A stretch of 64,000 nt of DNA, from positions 47,865-111,864 of the IMG/VR virus record IMGVR_UViG_3300021960_000030; one strand, given 5' to 3'. Of this stretch, positions 8,715 through 16,817 are shown piece by piece. Under the pieces are notes generated by a model that did not search any database, had not been told where the DNA came from, and saw only the letters and a program-made list of their open reading frames with translations. How positions within the stretch are numbered: position 1 is the stretch's first letter; every line of letters begins with the position of its first letter. Both the position numbers and the translations under genes were made by a program. The DNA comes from a virus.

Positions 8715-8719
8715 AAAAG

Positions 8720-8753
8720 TGAGGAAATCCTTACGTCTTTAAGGATTTCCTCA
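8720..8753 (-). terminator. 14-bp perfect hairpin (terminator or translational control element)
   Basis: TGAGGAAATCCTTA-CGTCTT-TAAGGATTTCCTCA; followed by CTTTT then ATG on the minus strand. Confidence 0.55.
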
Positions 8754-8764
8754 TATTTACTTAA

Positions 8765-8947
8765 TCAAACTTCTTGAAACTTACCGTTCTTCCATTGTGC
8801 AAACTCGGGGTTGACTACATACCGTCCCTCTACAGGAGACCACAGAATCGGGTTGGGTTGAGCAACATTTTCGGCGTTGCGAATAGCATTACGGGATTGT
8901 GCAACCAGTTCCTCGATAGTGTAACGAGCGGGGCGAACTCCGTACAT
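8765..8947 (-). CDS. Early hypothetical protein
   Basis: MYGVRPARYTIEEL..., after promoter. Confidence 0.6.
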   Translation of the reverse strand: MYGVRPARYTIEELVAQSRNAIRNAENVAQPNPILWSPVEGRYVVNPEFAQWKNGKFQEV

Positions 8948-8969
8948 TTGGTGTCTTTGTTTGGTACCC

Positions 8970-9539
8970 TCATAGTATAGGCACAGGATTGCGGAGATCC
9001 AGGGGATCGTGGACAGCAAGTGGACTGGCACACTTCCAGACGTACCCGAGACTGTATCGAATAGGTTCACTCACAGGAGGGCAACCTTGATGCCATATTG
9101 TACTGTCAAACAGCACTAATCGCCCTGGTTTGCACTCAACATGCATAGTTTCACCCTGTTCAGTATAAAACAGAGTGTCACCATCGCCTCTGATGTAATA
9201 CAGACCACTGATTCTGTCGCTTCCCTTTAGAACATCCCAATCCGTGTGACTTTGGGCGTTCTGCCCAGGCGTCTGCACGTTCAGCAGGCAGCGATCAAGT
9301 TTTTGGATTCTATAATCCAACAGGATGTCATTGCACACTACCATATGCAAATAGTCCACAAACCAATGAGGAGCAATGGGTGCAATCCATCGCTCCTCAT
9401 CGATAAGCAACTGACCAAAGAACCGACTCACTTCATACTGACCGTAGGGTGAGTTGGTATAGGTTACAGGTATAAGTTGAAACTCTTCTGCATTCTTATT
9501 CACCATCCATTGTGGGAAATAGTTATCAACTATCAACAT
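8970..9539 (-). CDS. 2OG-Fe(II) oxygenase (prolyl-hydroxylase-like)
   Basis: HTD ... KPGRLVLFDSTIWHQG ... RYSL. Confidence 0.8.
   Translation of the reverse strand: MLIVDNYFPQWMVNKNAEEFQLIPVTYTNSPYGQYEVSRFFGQLLIDEERWIAPIAPHWFVDYLHMVVCNDILLDYRIQKLDRCLLNVQTPGQNAQSHTDWDVLKGSDRISGLYYIRGDGDTLFYTEQGETMHVECKPGRLVLFDSTIWHQGCPPVSEPIRYSLGYVWKCASPLAVHDPLDLRNPVPIL
8974..9032 (-). promoter_or_regulatory. Early promoter
   Basis: GTGCCAGTCCACTTGCTGTCCAC ... TATACT. Confidence 0.75.
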
Positions 9540-10041
9540 GTTGAATACGTTCAGAAATAACCTTAATCATGATAGCACGGATCTCTTCAGGGGCAAAACC
9601 TTGAGTGTTAAAGAAGCACGAGTTGCTACCAGCATTATATGTATCAAACCCATCAAGGTGTGCAACGTTGAGTGCCTTACCGATCACACCATCAGAGTAT
9701 GCACCCTCACCGATTGCAAAGGTGACGTATGACACATCAGGGTTAATCTTGCGGCAGATGTAGTTGTTCTTGAACCAGCGTTCGATAGCATTACCAGCAT
9801 CTTGCTGCTTCTTACCTTCAAACACTGCGATCAGTTTGCCCTTGTAGAACCATGCACCACCATCAGGTTCGCAGGCACCTTTACCACCAGGGATCTGATT
9901 CTTCTTCAACTTCTTCTGCAATGTCACACCAGTATATTGCAGAACGTCTGCAATCTCTTCCTTGATGACTTTACATTGGTTGTCAAGTTTGCGAGCATGT
10001 GCATCAGTAGCAACCATGCCTTTCTGAATGCCGCCTGCCAT
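9526..10041 (-). CDS. EcoRI-family PD-(D/E)XK restriction endonuclease, minimal (171 aa)
   Basis: EPDGG...FEGKKQ..AGNAIERWFKN...YVTF aligns with EcoRI KPDGG...AEAKHQ...AGNAIERSHKN...YVLF. Confidence 0.85.
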   Translation of the reverse strand: MAGGIQKGMVATDAHARKLDNQCKVIKEEIADVLQYTGVTLQKKLKKNQIPGGKGACEPDGGAWFYKGKLIAVFEGKKQQDAGNAIERWFKNNYICRKINPDVSYVTFAIGEGAYSDGVIGKALNVAHLDGFDTYNAGSNSCFFNTQGFAPEEIRAIMIKVISERIQHVDS

Positions 10042-10066
10042 TGTCTTGTGTCGTTTGGACTTCTTC

Positions 10067-10127
10067 ATTATACACACAGAAAAGGGGCGGTGGTGCCGCC
10101 CCATGTGGAGGTTGATGGACTGTCACA
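10067..10127 (-). promoter_or_regulatory. Early promoter of the endonuclease
   Basis: GTGACAGTCCATCAACCTCCAC ... TATAAT, 25 nt before ATG 10041. Confidence 0.7.
10080..10102 (-). terminator. Rho-independent terminator
   Basis: GGGGCGG-CACCA-CCGCCCC-TTTT. Confidence 0.7.
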
Positions 10128-10614
10128 TTGTATATTTCAGTTTCATCTTTCGATGGTATTGATATGCAAAGTGGGTTCGATTGCCATGGATACCCCAACC
10201 CAACCAGGGATAAGAATCACGCACATATTGTGGGATTGTTTTCCCTGGGGTTTTCATCCTAGGCAGAATGCCTTGGAACTGCTGCTCATTGTAGAGATAA
10301 CGGAGTTGTCCTTCCAACGAGTCAACATTGCAGGTATGCTTATAGCAAAACTTTGCTAGTCCGTTATACCTGTGTATTGTGGTCCATTGAATCAAACCAA
10401 ATCCACCAGACTTGCATCCATAATATCCTGTGAGTGCACCACCTTCGCAAACGAGATGATTAAAGTTGCTTTCTTGCTTGATGTTACCCATCAGTGCAGC
10501 GAGAGCATTCTTATCCTTGATCCCTTTTTCTTGAAAGAACGAGAGTGTTCTTTGTTCGGCAGGGGTACAAGTTTCACATTGATATATGGGTGCAGGAGGT
10601 TGATCGTAAAGCAT
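10123..10614 (-). CDS. Phage-tail-lysozyme-family peptidoglycan hydrolase
   Basis: AALMGNIKQESNF ... GGFGLIQWT ... GQLRYL. Confidence 0.8.
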   Translation of the reverse strand: MLYDQPPAPIYQCETCTPAEQRTLSFFQEKGIKDKNALAALMGNIKQESNFNHLVCEGGALTGYYGCKSGGFGLIQWTTIHRYNGLAKFCYKHTCNVDSLEGQLRYLYNEQQFQGILPRMKTPGKTIPQYVRDSYPWLGWGIHGNRTHFAYQYHRKMKLKYTM

Positions 10615-10619
10615 TAGAT

Positions 10620-11858
10620 TTAGACGAGGGACAGAGGAGGAATGCCTTTCACGAAGATAGCATCAACTACGTTCTGCAGTCGTTTGGTCACTTGCTTACC
10701 GTATGTGCGGTGCACAGGGACAGTTACATAACCGAAAGGTTTCCTGTAAAAGTCAAACTTACCAGGGGTAAGTTCACCGCTGCGAATGCGAGCGGCGTCA
10801 TCCTTATGTAGACGGATAACACGCCCGATGGTCTGTGCCATCTCAACAACGTTGAGATTGCGGAGCAGGATGCAGTGAGTCAGTCCAGGAACGTTGATAC
10901 CTTCAGACAGAATACTGTAGTGGAAGATAACAAACTTCTTGGTAGGATCGGCACCCCAAGATGTCAGGGTGTTGAAGAACTGCTCACGATTGACTTTCTT
11001 ATCGTCTACATAGGCACCGAACTTAGAGGTAACGTGGAGAACATTGTAACCACGATCCTTAAGTTGTTGGAGAAGATCGGTCTGACCGATCATGTTACCT
11101 AGCACACGACTAGACGGCACTGCAACAAGAACCTTGGCAGCATGAGTATCATCGAGATTGTCAATGATGTCCTGCACGGTGTTGCTGTCAACGACATGTG
11201 CGTTGACCTTGTTACGAGTATTGTCTGTGGTGAATGGCACAATCTGGGGAGGGATGATGCTACCGTTGTTGATCAGTTCCGAAGCAGGAACGTTCTCAAT
11301 GACGGCACCATAGACCTCACGATTGTGCATTCCACGCTCATGCTTGTGCGAGATGCGAGGAGTAGCAGTGAAGAAGTAGCAACGCTCTGCAACATCAGAG
11401 ATGGCAAAGGTGCTGGTGAAGAAAGACTTAGCAACACTATTGTGTGCCTCGTCAAAGTACACTGCACTGATATTGATGCCTGCATCAACTACACGACCCA
11501 GCGAATGATAGGTGGTGAAGATGATGCAGGACTCACCTGCTGCACGAGCGGTGTTGTTGAAGAGAGCAATCTTGCTGCTCTTGGTAGAGTGAAAGTAATG
11601 GGTTTCACCACTGTGAGCGTGACACACATGCACAGACTTGCTGTCAATGAACTGCATGAACTCATCACACAGTTGAGTAGCAAGCAGGATGCGAGGAGCA
11701 ACAACAACAATCGTAGAAGATTGCTGCAGTTGACACAGTGCATCCTGAATCATGATGAAAGTCTTGCCACCGCCAGTAGGGACAATGATTTGACCCTTAT
11801 CGTTGACTTGCATTGCTGCAAGGGCACGATCTTGGTGAGGACGAAGAACAACAGTCAT
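10620..11858 (-). CDS. SF2 DExH helicase (type III restriction Res-like)
   Basis: LRPHQ, PTGGGKT, DEAH, TATP, LSEGINVP, QTIGRVIR. Confidence 0.9.
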   Translation of the reverse strand: MTVVLRPHQDRALAAMQVNDKGQIIVPTGGGKTFIMIQDALCQLQQSSTIVVVAPRILLATQLCDEFMQFIDSKSVHVCHAHSGETHYFHSTKSSKIALFNNTARAAGESCIIFTTYHSLGRVVDAGINISAVYFDEAHNSVAKSFFTSTFAISDVAERCYFFTATPRISHKHERGMHNREVYGAVIENVPASELINNGSIIPPQIVPFTTDNTRNKVNAHVVDSNTVQDIIDNLDDTHAAKVLVAVPSSRVLGNMIGQTDLLQQLKDRGYNVLHVTSKFGAYVDDKKVNREQFFNTLTSWGADPTKKFVIFHYSILSEGINVPGLTHCILLRNLNVVEMAQTIGRVIRLHKDDAARIRSGELTPGKFDFYRKPFGYVTVPVHRTYGKQVTKRLQNVVDAIFVKGIPPLSLV

Positions 11859-11882
11859 GTATGTGGATCGCTCAACAGAAAT

Positions 11883-11941
11883 AATATACTACCACACCTC
11901 ACCAGTCGGTGAAAACAGGGTGCACTTCGCAAACTGTCACA
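11883..11941 (-). promoter_or_regulatory. Early promoter
   Basis: GTGACAGTTTGCGAAGTGCAC ... TATATT. Confidence 0.65.
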
Positions 11942-12075
11942 CCACCCCTCTTGAGGTGCTTTTCCCATTCAATCGCATCAACTAGCGTCAGAAACGTCGC
12001 TGTAACTTGCGAAGTATGCCCTTTCTTCTTCTGTCTCTTCCAAATAACGTTGTATTTCTTCGCGTTTGATGTCAT
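11899..12075 (-). CDS. Small basic hypothetical protein (58 aa)
   Basis: Own translation MTSNAKKYNVIWKRQKKKGHTSQVTATFLTLVDAIEWEKHL... Confidence 0.55.
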   Translation of the reverse strand: MTSNAKKYNVIWKRQKKKGHTSQVTATFLTLVDAIEWEKHLKRGGVTVCEVHPVFTDW

Positions 12076-12126
12076 AAACAGAGGGAAGTTGCTTAGCGTT
12101 TGAATGTTGCGGATCTTGTTGGGGAC

Positions 12127-12462
12127 TCATTGGGGGCGCTCTCCTTCAGGTAGCATATCGTTGCCAGGATGTTCAGGAATGTAACCATGGTATGCTTTGT
12201 GATTGTAGAAGTGTGAATCTTCTATTTCAATCTCATCCCAATCATGTTGATAGATTAGCAAACAACATTGTGTTGTTGGTTGTCTAGCAGATGGGTCACC
12301 GTGTTCATATTCATGAAAACACATTGAGATGTAATCATTACAGGTAAAGCAGATGTAACCCTCTAAACCTTTGTACCGAATGGGTGATCCGATCTCAAGT
12401 GATTTCAAGATGTTCCTGATCTCCAGGGCAACTGACTCTGAGATTAGCAGGGGTGTGGTCAT
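12127..12462 (-). CDS. Hypothetical protein
   Basis: 111 aa, ATGA overlap. Confidence 0.65.
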   Translation of the reverse strand: MTTPLLISESVALEIRNILKSLEIGSPIRYKGLEGYICFTCNDYISMCFHEYEHGDPSARQPTTQCCLLIYQHDWDEIEIEDSHFYNHKAYHGYIPEHPGNDMLPEGERPQ

Positions 12463-13091
12463 ATTGTCAACCTATTGGTACAGTCTCCGTACTGTCCATG
12501 CAACCAATAGTTGAACGCAACACTATACCGATCCGACAGACTTCGGTTAGGTTCAACACTATGCTCTACAGTTGATGGGAACAGCAATATCAATGCTTCC
12601 TCAGCAGGTATAGACCAGCACGATGAGTTGTAGACATTGTGCTCAACAATATCAGGTCTCATTGCTGGTGTTGTATATGTGTCACGATTGGAATCTGCGT
12701 GAAACAATATATCCCCACAGTTGGGTGGCGTCTTTATGTATATGACACCACTATACATTGAGTTGCAATGTGTATGTTTGTGTGCAGAATGACCTATTTT
12801 GTGTCTAGTTGCCCACGAACAATGATGCCGTGCTACATATCTCTTATCGAAGCACAGTATGTTATACAAATAGTGATTCAGATGTCTCTCAACCAGTGCC
12901 TTTAACTCTGGGCACCCATCTAATAGTCTTTGGTTGGAAGTATTCTCACCATTCTTCTCTTGTGGGTCAGAATAATACTCCTGATTAACAACATACTCCA
13001 CTATCTCTGTAGACAGTGGAGCATTGCGAGACACATATAATGGATTGTTGAACAGTGGAAAGACTGATCTATCGTAATCACCTAAGTTCAT
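12459..13091 (-). CDS. 2OG-Fe(II) oxygenase (TIGR02466-like)
   Basis: HTHCNSMYSGVIY ... LLFPSTVEHSV ... RYSVAFN. Confidence 0.9.
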   Translation of the reverse strand: MNLGDYDRSVFPLFNNPLYVSRNAPLSTEIVEYVVNQEYYSDPQEKNGENTSNQRLLDGCPELKALVERHLNHYLYNILCFDKRYVARHHCSWATRHKIGHSAHKHTHCNSMYSGVIYIKTPPNCGDILFHADSNRDTYTTPAMRPDIVEHNVYNSSCWSIPAEEALILLFPSTVEHSVEPNRSLSDRYSVAFNYWLHGQYGDCTNRLTI

Positions 13092-13696
13092 AGCACCAAA
13101 TCTCGTGTGGGTGCACTGAAGTCACCCTTCATGATTACATTAAATCCTAATGAATATCTATCTTGTATAGACTCATTGTATCCTGTGTAGTGGTCTACAT
13201 GTGCAGGGAAGCATACAATCATGCCACGCTCAGGTACAATCTGCCAGATGCGTGAGTTGAATATATTATTCTCCCATGTTCGTGGTTCCAATGTACCTGT
13301 GTTCCATGTGGCATGATTATATGATGCCTCAAAGATAATGTTGCCACTATCATCAGGCACGTCAAGATACAGGCAACCTGTGAACATACTATTGGTATGT
13401 CCATGCCTGTCTGCTCTTTCACCTGGGCGATGTTTATTCACCCATGAGCATACAATCTCACACGTCACTCGATCATCAATAGCGAGGACATTGTGAGCAT
13501 AGTGGGCAATATGTCCAAGACAAATGTGATGCAGTTGTGGATACCTTCGTAAAATCTGAGTATCAACAGTCTGCATCCCATCTGCCCGCTTGGGGTAATC
13601 CTTATATTCTTCCTGTTTGATTAAATCTATCTCATCTTGTGGAATGTCATAGGTGTCAACAAATACAGGTGTGGAGAATATAGGAAAGACAGTCAT
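13088..13696 (-). CDS. 2OG-Fe(II) oxygenase (TIGR02466-like)
   Basis: HGHTNSMFTGCLY ... FPAHVDHYT ... RYSLGFN. Confidence 0.9.
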   Translation of the reverse strand: MTVFPIFSTPVFVDTYDIPQDEIDLIKQEEYKDYPKRADGMQTVDTQILRRYPQLHHICLGHIAHYAHNVLAIDDRVTCEIVCSWVNKHRPGERADRHGHTNSMFTGCLYLDVPDDSGNIIFEASYNHATWNTGTLEPRTWENNIFNSRIWQIVPERGMIVCFPAHVDHYTGYNESIQDRYSLGFNVIMKGDFSAPTRDLVL

Positions 13697-13863
13697 TTTT
13701 CAGTGGGTTCAAGATGTAATGTAGTAACGATCTCATGAATCGTAGCACGTTGTTTAGGACTGATGTCTCCCTGCCTTTTATAGAGGTCAGAGAGTAATAG
13801 TAACATTGCCCTCTTAAGTAATCCTTTTGCCTCGTGACTAAGTTGTGCTGACTTGAGGAACAT
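13693..13863 (-). CDS. Hypothetical protein
   Basis: MFLKSAQLSHEAKGLL... Confidence 0.5.
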   Translation of the reverse strand: MFLKSAQLSHEAKGLLKRAMLLLLSDLYKRQGDISPKQRATIHEIVTTLHLEPTEK

Positions 13864-14347
13864 CGGTCTCGTTCTCCTTACGAGTTTCGTAGTATTGTCC
13901 GACGATAGTGACACGGTTGCCCTTGAAACCAATCGTCTGTCGTAATCTTACCGTGTCATTATGTAAAAGTCGAATCTCTTCACGAAATCTTTGTTTTCCA
14001 TATTCTGTATCAAAGAGGATAGTATCCTCATCAATCATAGTTACATCAGTCATGGTGGGACTGGAGGTCATATATCCCTGAGAGCGATACATCTTCCCAT
14101 CCTTACTATTGATTCCGACAAGCATCTCACCAGATGAAGCAGGTTCACCTGAACTATATTTAACAGTTTCCCATCCAAACTTTACATAATAGTCACTGTG
14201 GACATCTTCTGGGATGACTGCTTTCTCAGCATCATTTAGTTCACCAACGAGGAGTTCACTGGTCATGAGTTCTGCACTCTCACCATACAAATATCTACGG
14301 TGGGAATGCCATTCACCTTTCGATCTATCGAACCATTGTGTAATCAT
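13838..14347 (-). CDS. S-type (CpeS/CpcS/CpcV-like) phycobiliprotein lyase
   Basis: WFDRSKGEWHSHRRY ... RSQGY ... TEYGKQRFREEIRL..RLRQT. Confidence 0.75.
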   Translation of the reverse strand: MITQWFDRSKGEWHSHRRYLYGESAELMTSELLVGELNDAEKAVIPEDVHSDYYVKFGWETVKYSSGEPASSGEMLVGINSKDGKMYRSQGYMTSSPTMTDVTMIDEDTILFDTEYGKQRFREEIRLLHNDTVRLRQTIGFKGNRVTIVGQYYETRKENETDVPQVSTT

Positions 14348-14880
14348 ACTGACCTCTTCAGATTTACATTTAGAACGACACGAATGCCTTCCTTGGGTGG
14401 TGTTGATGCATGTAGAATATGTCCAGGGAAATGTACTACACGACCCTGCCTACAGTCTACACTATCAGTGAGTTCTAGTCTGTCATTGAAGAACAACGTG
14501 GGTGCTTTTTCGTTTTCAGTTATATACCACAACACCACGTCATGTTCCTCACTGAAGTCTACATGTGGTTTGTTATGTTTCTTCTTGGTAGGATACAACA
14601 AACCCAATCGTGCACGATATATATCCTCATGACTATATCCATACAGACTTGCAAACTGACACAACTCTAGATGAAATAGATCATAGTATGGTGATCGTAC
14701 CTCATAGTCCATCTTTAATAGATGCATGAATGCACCACCACCAGAGGGCACAAGGTCTGTGGCATCAGGTATATAATGCCATGGAAACTCAGGCGAGGTA
14801 ACTATACGTTCAATCTCTTTTGTTGCTACATCAGAGATTAAGTGCGTATTGATTTCTGTCTGGTTTGTTCTCAGGATCAT
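14344..14880 (-). CDS. 2OG-Fe(II) oxygenase-like protein
   Basis: FPWHY, PHVD, GRVVHFPGHILHAS, RVVLNVN. Confidence 0.75.
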   Translation of the reverse strand: MILRTNQTEINTHLISDVATKEIERIVTSPEFPWHYIPDATDLVPSGGGAFMHLLKMDYEVRSPYYDLFHLELCQFASLYGYSHEDIYRARLGLLYPTKKKHNKPHVDFSEEHDVVLWYITENEKAPTLFFNDRLELTDSVDCRQGRVVHFPGHILHASTPPKEGIRVVLNVNLKRSV

Positions 14881-15523
14881 GCCAACATGGAATACTTAGG
14901 GACAGTCGTTCTTGATCAGGACGAGCACAATGATAGCAGCGTGATGGTATATACAACATGTCTCCAGGTTGTAGTACCGTATCGATTGCAGGTGTTACTT
15001 CATCCTTACTAGGATTATAGGGGAATCCAGTATATTTGACAAGTGTACTCACTCTCTCATTATATACTGTCCAGTGTGTCTCACCATGTATTTGCATGAT
15101 GAAGTTTGCTGGTTGATCCCAATGAATCTTGAATGAACTTGCACCACCTAATGCACCATAAATGTGTGCATCACATGCTACATCGAATGTACCCTCAATC
15201 CTACGCAGCAATGCATTAACACGAGCATTGTGATGACCATACTTAGCGATCACAAATGTGTTGTTCCTATTGACAAGTTCAAAGATAACTTTCTTGTCTG
15301 GATGCCAGTTACCATGCCACGGGTGAGGCACAGTGGGCATAGGAACTTTGGTGTTGTTGTTATCTAAAATCTCAACATTATACACCCAGGGATTGTTTAG
15401 GCAATGCTCAACATCTGCCCAGTGCACATACTCTGTGGGTGTGTCACATACACCCTTGAATAACATCGGGGTGTCACCACATGTGTAGTGGTTAGGATTC
15501 AGAAATGGATACGAAATGGACAT
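14831..15523 (-). CDS. JmjC/cupin-4 hydroxylase (RoxA/YcfD-like)
   Basis: SFKIHWD..NFIMQIHGETHWTVY ... LQPGDMLYIPSRCYHCA. Confidence 0.85.
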   Translation of the reverse strand: MSISYPFLNPNHYTCGDTPMLFKGVCDTPTEYVHWADVEHCLNNPWVYNVEILDNNNTKVPMPTVPHPWHGNWHPDKKVIFELVNRNNTFVIAKYGHHNARVNALLRRIEGTFDVACDAHIYGALGGASSFKIHWDQPANFIMQIHGETHWTVYNERVSTLVKYTGFPYNPSKDEVTPAIDTVLQPGDMLYIPSRCYHCARPDQERLSLSIPCWHDPENKPDRNQYALNL

Positions 15524-16191
15524 TTAGATTCCCTCTTCATGATTAAATCCCAGGACTTATATGGTGCCCAGTGTTTGAGTTGCTGATCCTGTTTGATCCT
15601 TTCTAGTTTATCAGGAGATGGTGTCTTTCTACTCAGTTTGAATGTATCTTTACCACGCACAAACTTAGCATGAAAGATAGGTGTGCCACGTTTGATTACT
15701 ATATCGTCATCAATACGATGAGGAACAATACCAATGGGCAACGATCTCATCCATGATGAGACAGGAAATGTGCCAGGGACAACACTAAACCCATGTTGTG
15801 CAACTGTGGGGTGTCCAGTATATTCTACCCACACATTCTTGGCATCAGTCCAGAACAATGTATTGTATCTGATTTGTATCTCAGGCAGTTCATCATTCCA
15901 CCAGTTAGGACTAATCATGAACAGATCTTGGAGTTTATCTCCATGCGTATCAGATCCGATCATGCGATGCTCATTGCTACACCTGAAGTGTAGATCAAAT
16001 GGGAAATAGAATGTCCACCTATTCTTACACCACTCTTTGTGTGCTGGGCAATACATATGGTCGTGAGACTTTATCCCATCATTGTATGCAATGGTGGGTG
16101 TAATCTCCCAATCTTCAGCAAAGGTAGGAATCTGGTAGTCCTCATCAGGACCAGAAGGAATCACTGATGTGTGATATACATTTACTGCCAT
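15499..16191 (-). CDS. Hypothetical protein (DUF6065/dUTPase-fold-like)
   Basis: CPA, FPFD, VVPG, IKRGTPI; C-terminal SKCPF. Confidence 0.65.
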   Translation of the reverse strand: MAVNVYHTSVIPSGPDEDYQIPTFAEDWEITPTIAYNDGIKSHDHMYCPAHKEWCKNRWTFYFPFDLHFRCSNEHRMIGSDTHGDKLQDLFMISPNWWNDELPEIQIRYNTLFWTDAKNVWVEYTGHPTVAQHGFSVVPGTFPVSSWMRSLPIGIVPHRIDDDIVIKRGTPIFHAKFVRGKDTFKLSRKTPSPDKLERIKQDQQLKHWAPYKSWDLIMKRESKCPFRIHF

Positions 16192-16817
16192 GATCTTGTT
16201 GTGTCTGGATATACACCTTCCTTAACACGGAAGTTAAATGATACAGAGATACGATCCATGTCTGATCTATTCTCTGTCACAGAATGTGGTTGCCATGCAG
16301 GGAACAGAATCATCTTGTTCTCTACAGCACGATAAGTTACAGAGTCCCAGGTGATCTGATTGTCACCACGATTGCAGGAGGTATATGCACCCAAGGAATG
16401 ATACATGTGTGCGGTTGCTGCATCTCTACGGATACTAATAGCACCAGCATCAGCAGGCAATGGTGCCACCTGCAGATATACAACACCAGACAACACAGCA
16501 CCAGGATGTGTATGTAATGCCATACGATCTCCTGGTGGGACACTAATGAACCAGAAGCGATCCATCTCAGCATATGTATTCAAAGGTCCGAAGTCTTGGA
16601 ATGCTTCGTTTGCCTTTGCTTCTACTTGTCTGACAAAACTACCAACAACACACTTGCTATCACGATACTGTGATGCCAGGAGATTGCAGGATTCATAACT
16701 ACCCCCATTCATCTTGTTGGGGTTCATGTAGTCAACACTGAATGCCAGTAGGGCATCAGTATTCAGATCGACATCATCATGCCAGACTGGTGTGGGGAAA
16801 AGGAACTCAACATTCAT
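16182..16817 (-). CDS. 2OG-Fe(II) oxygenase (TIGR02466-like)
   Basis: LFPTPVW, HTHPGAVLSGVVY, FPAWQPHSV, RISVSFN. Confidence 0.9.
   Translation of the reverse strand: MNVEFLFPTPVWHDDVDLNTDALLAFSVDYMNPNKMNGGSYESCNLLASQYRDSKCVVGSFVRQVEAKANEAFQDFGPLNTYAEMDRFWFISVPPGDRMALHTHPGAVLSGVVYLQVAPLPADAGAISIRRDAATAHMYHSLGAYTSCNRGDNQITWDSVTYRAVENKMILFPAWQPHSVTENRSDMDRISVSFNFRVKEGVYPDTTRSWQ

Noticed and set aside
9526-11858. Classical type II or III restriction-modification operon
   Set aside because: I found no methyltransferase motifs (FxGxG, DPPY/NPPY, PCQ) in the window. One elsewhere in the genome cannot be excluded.
11142-11912. Long plus-strand ORFs (also 20721-21485, 27046-28284, 59866-60771 and others)
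   Set aside because: Antisense shadows of well-supported minus-strand genes, with no motifs.
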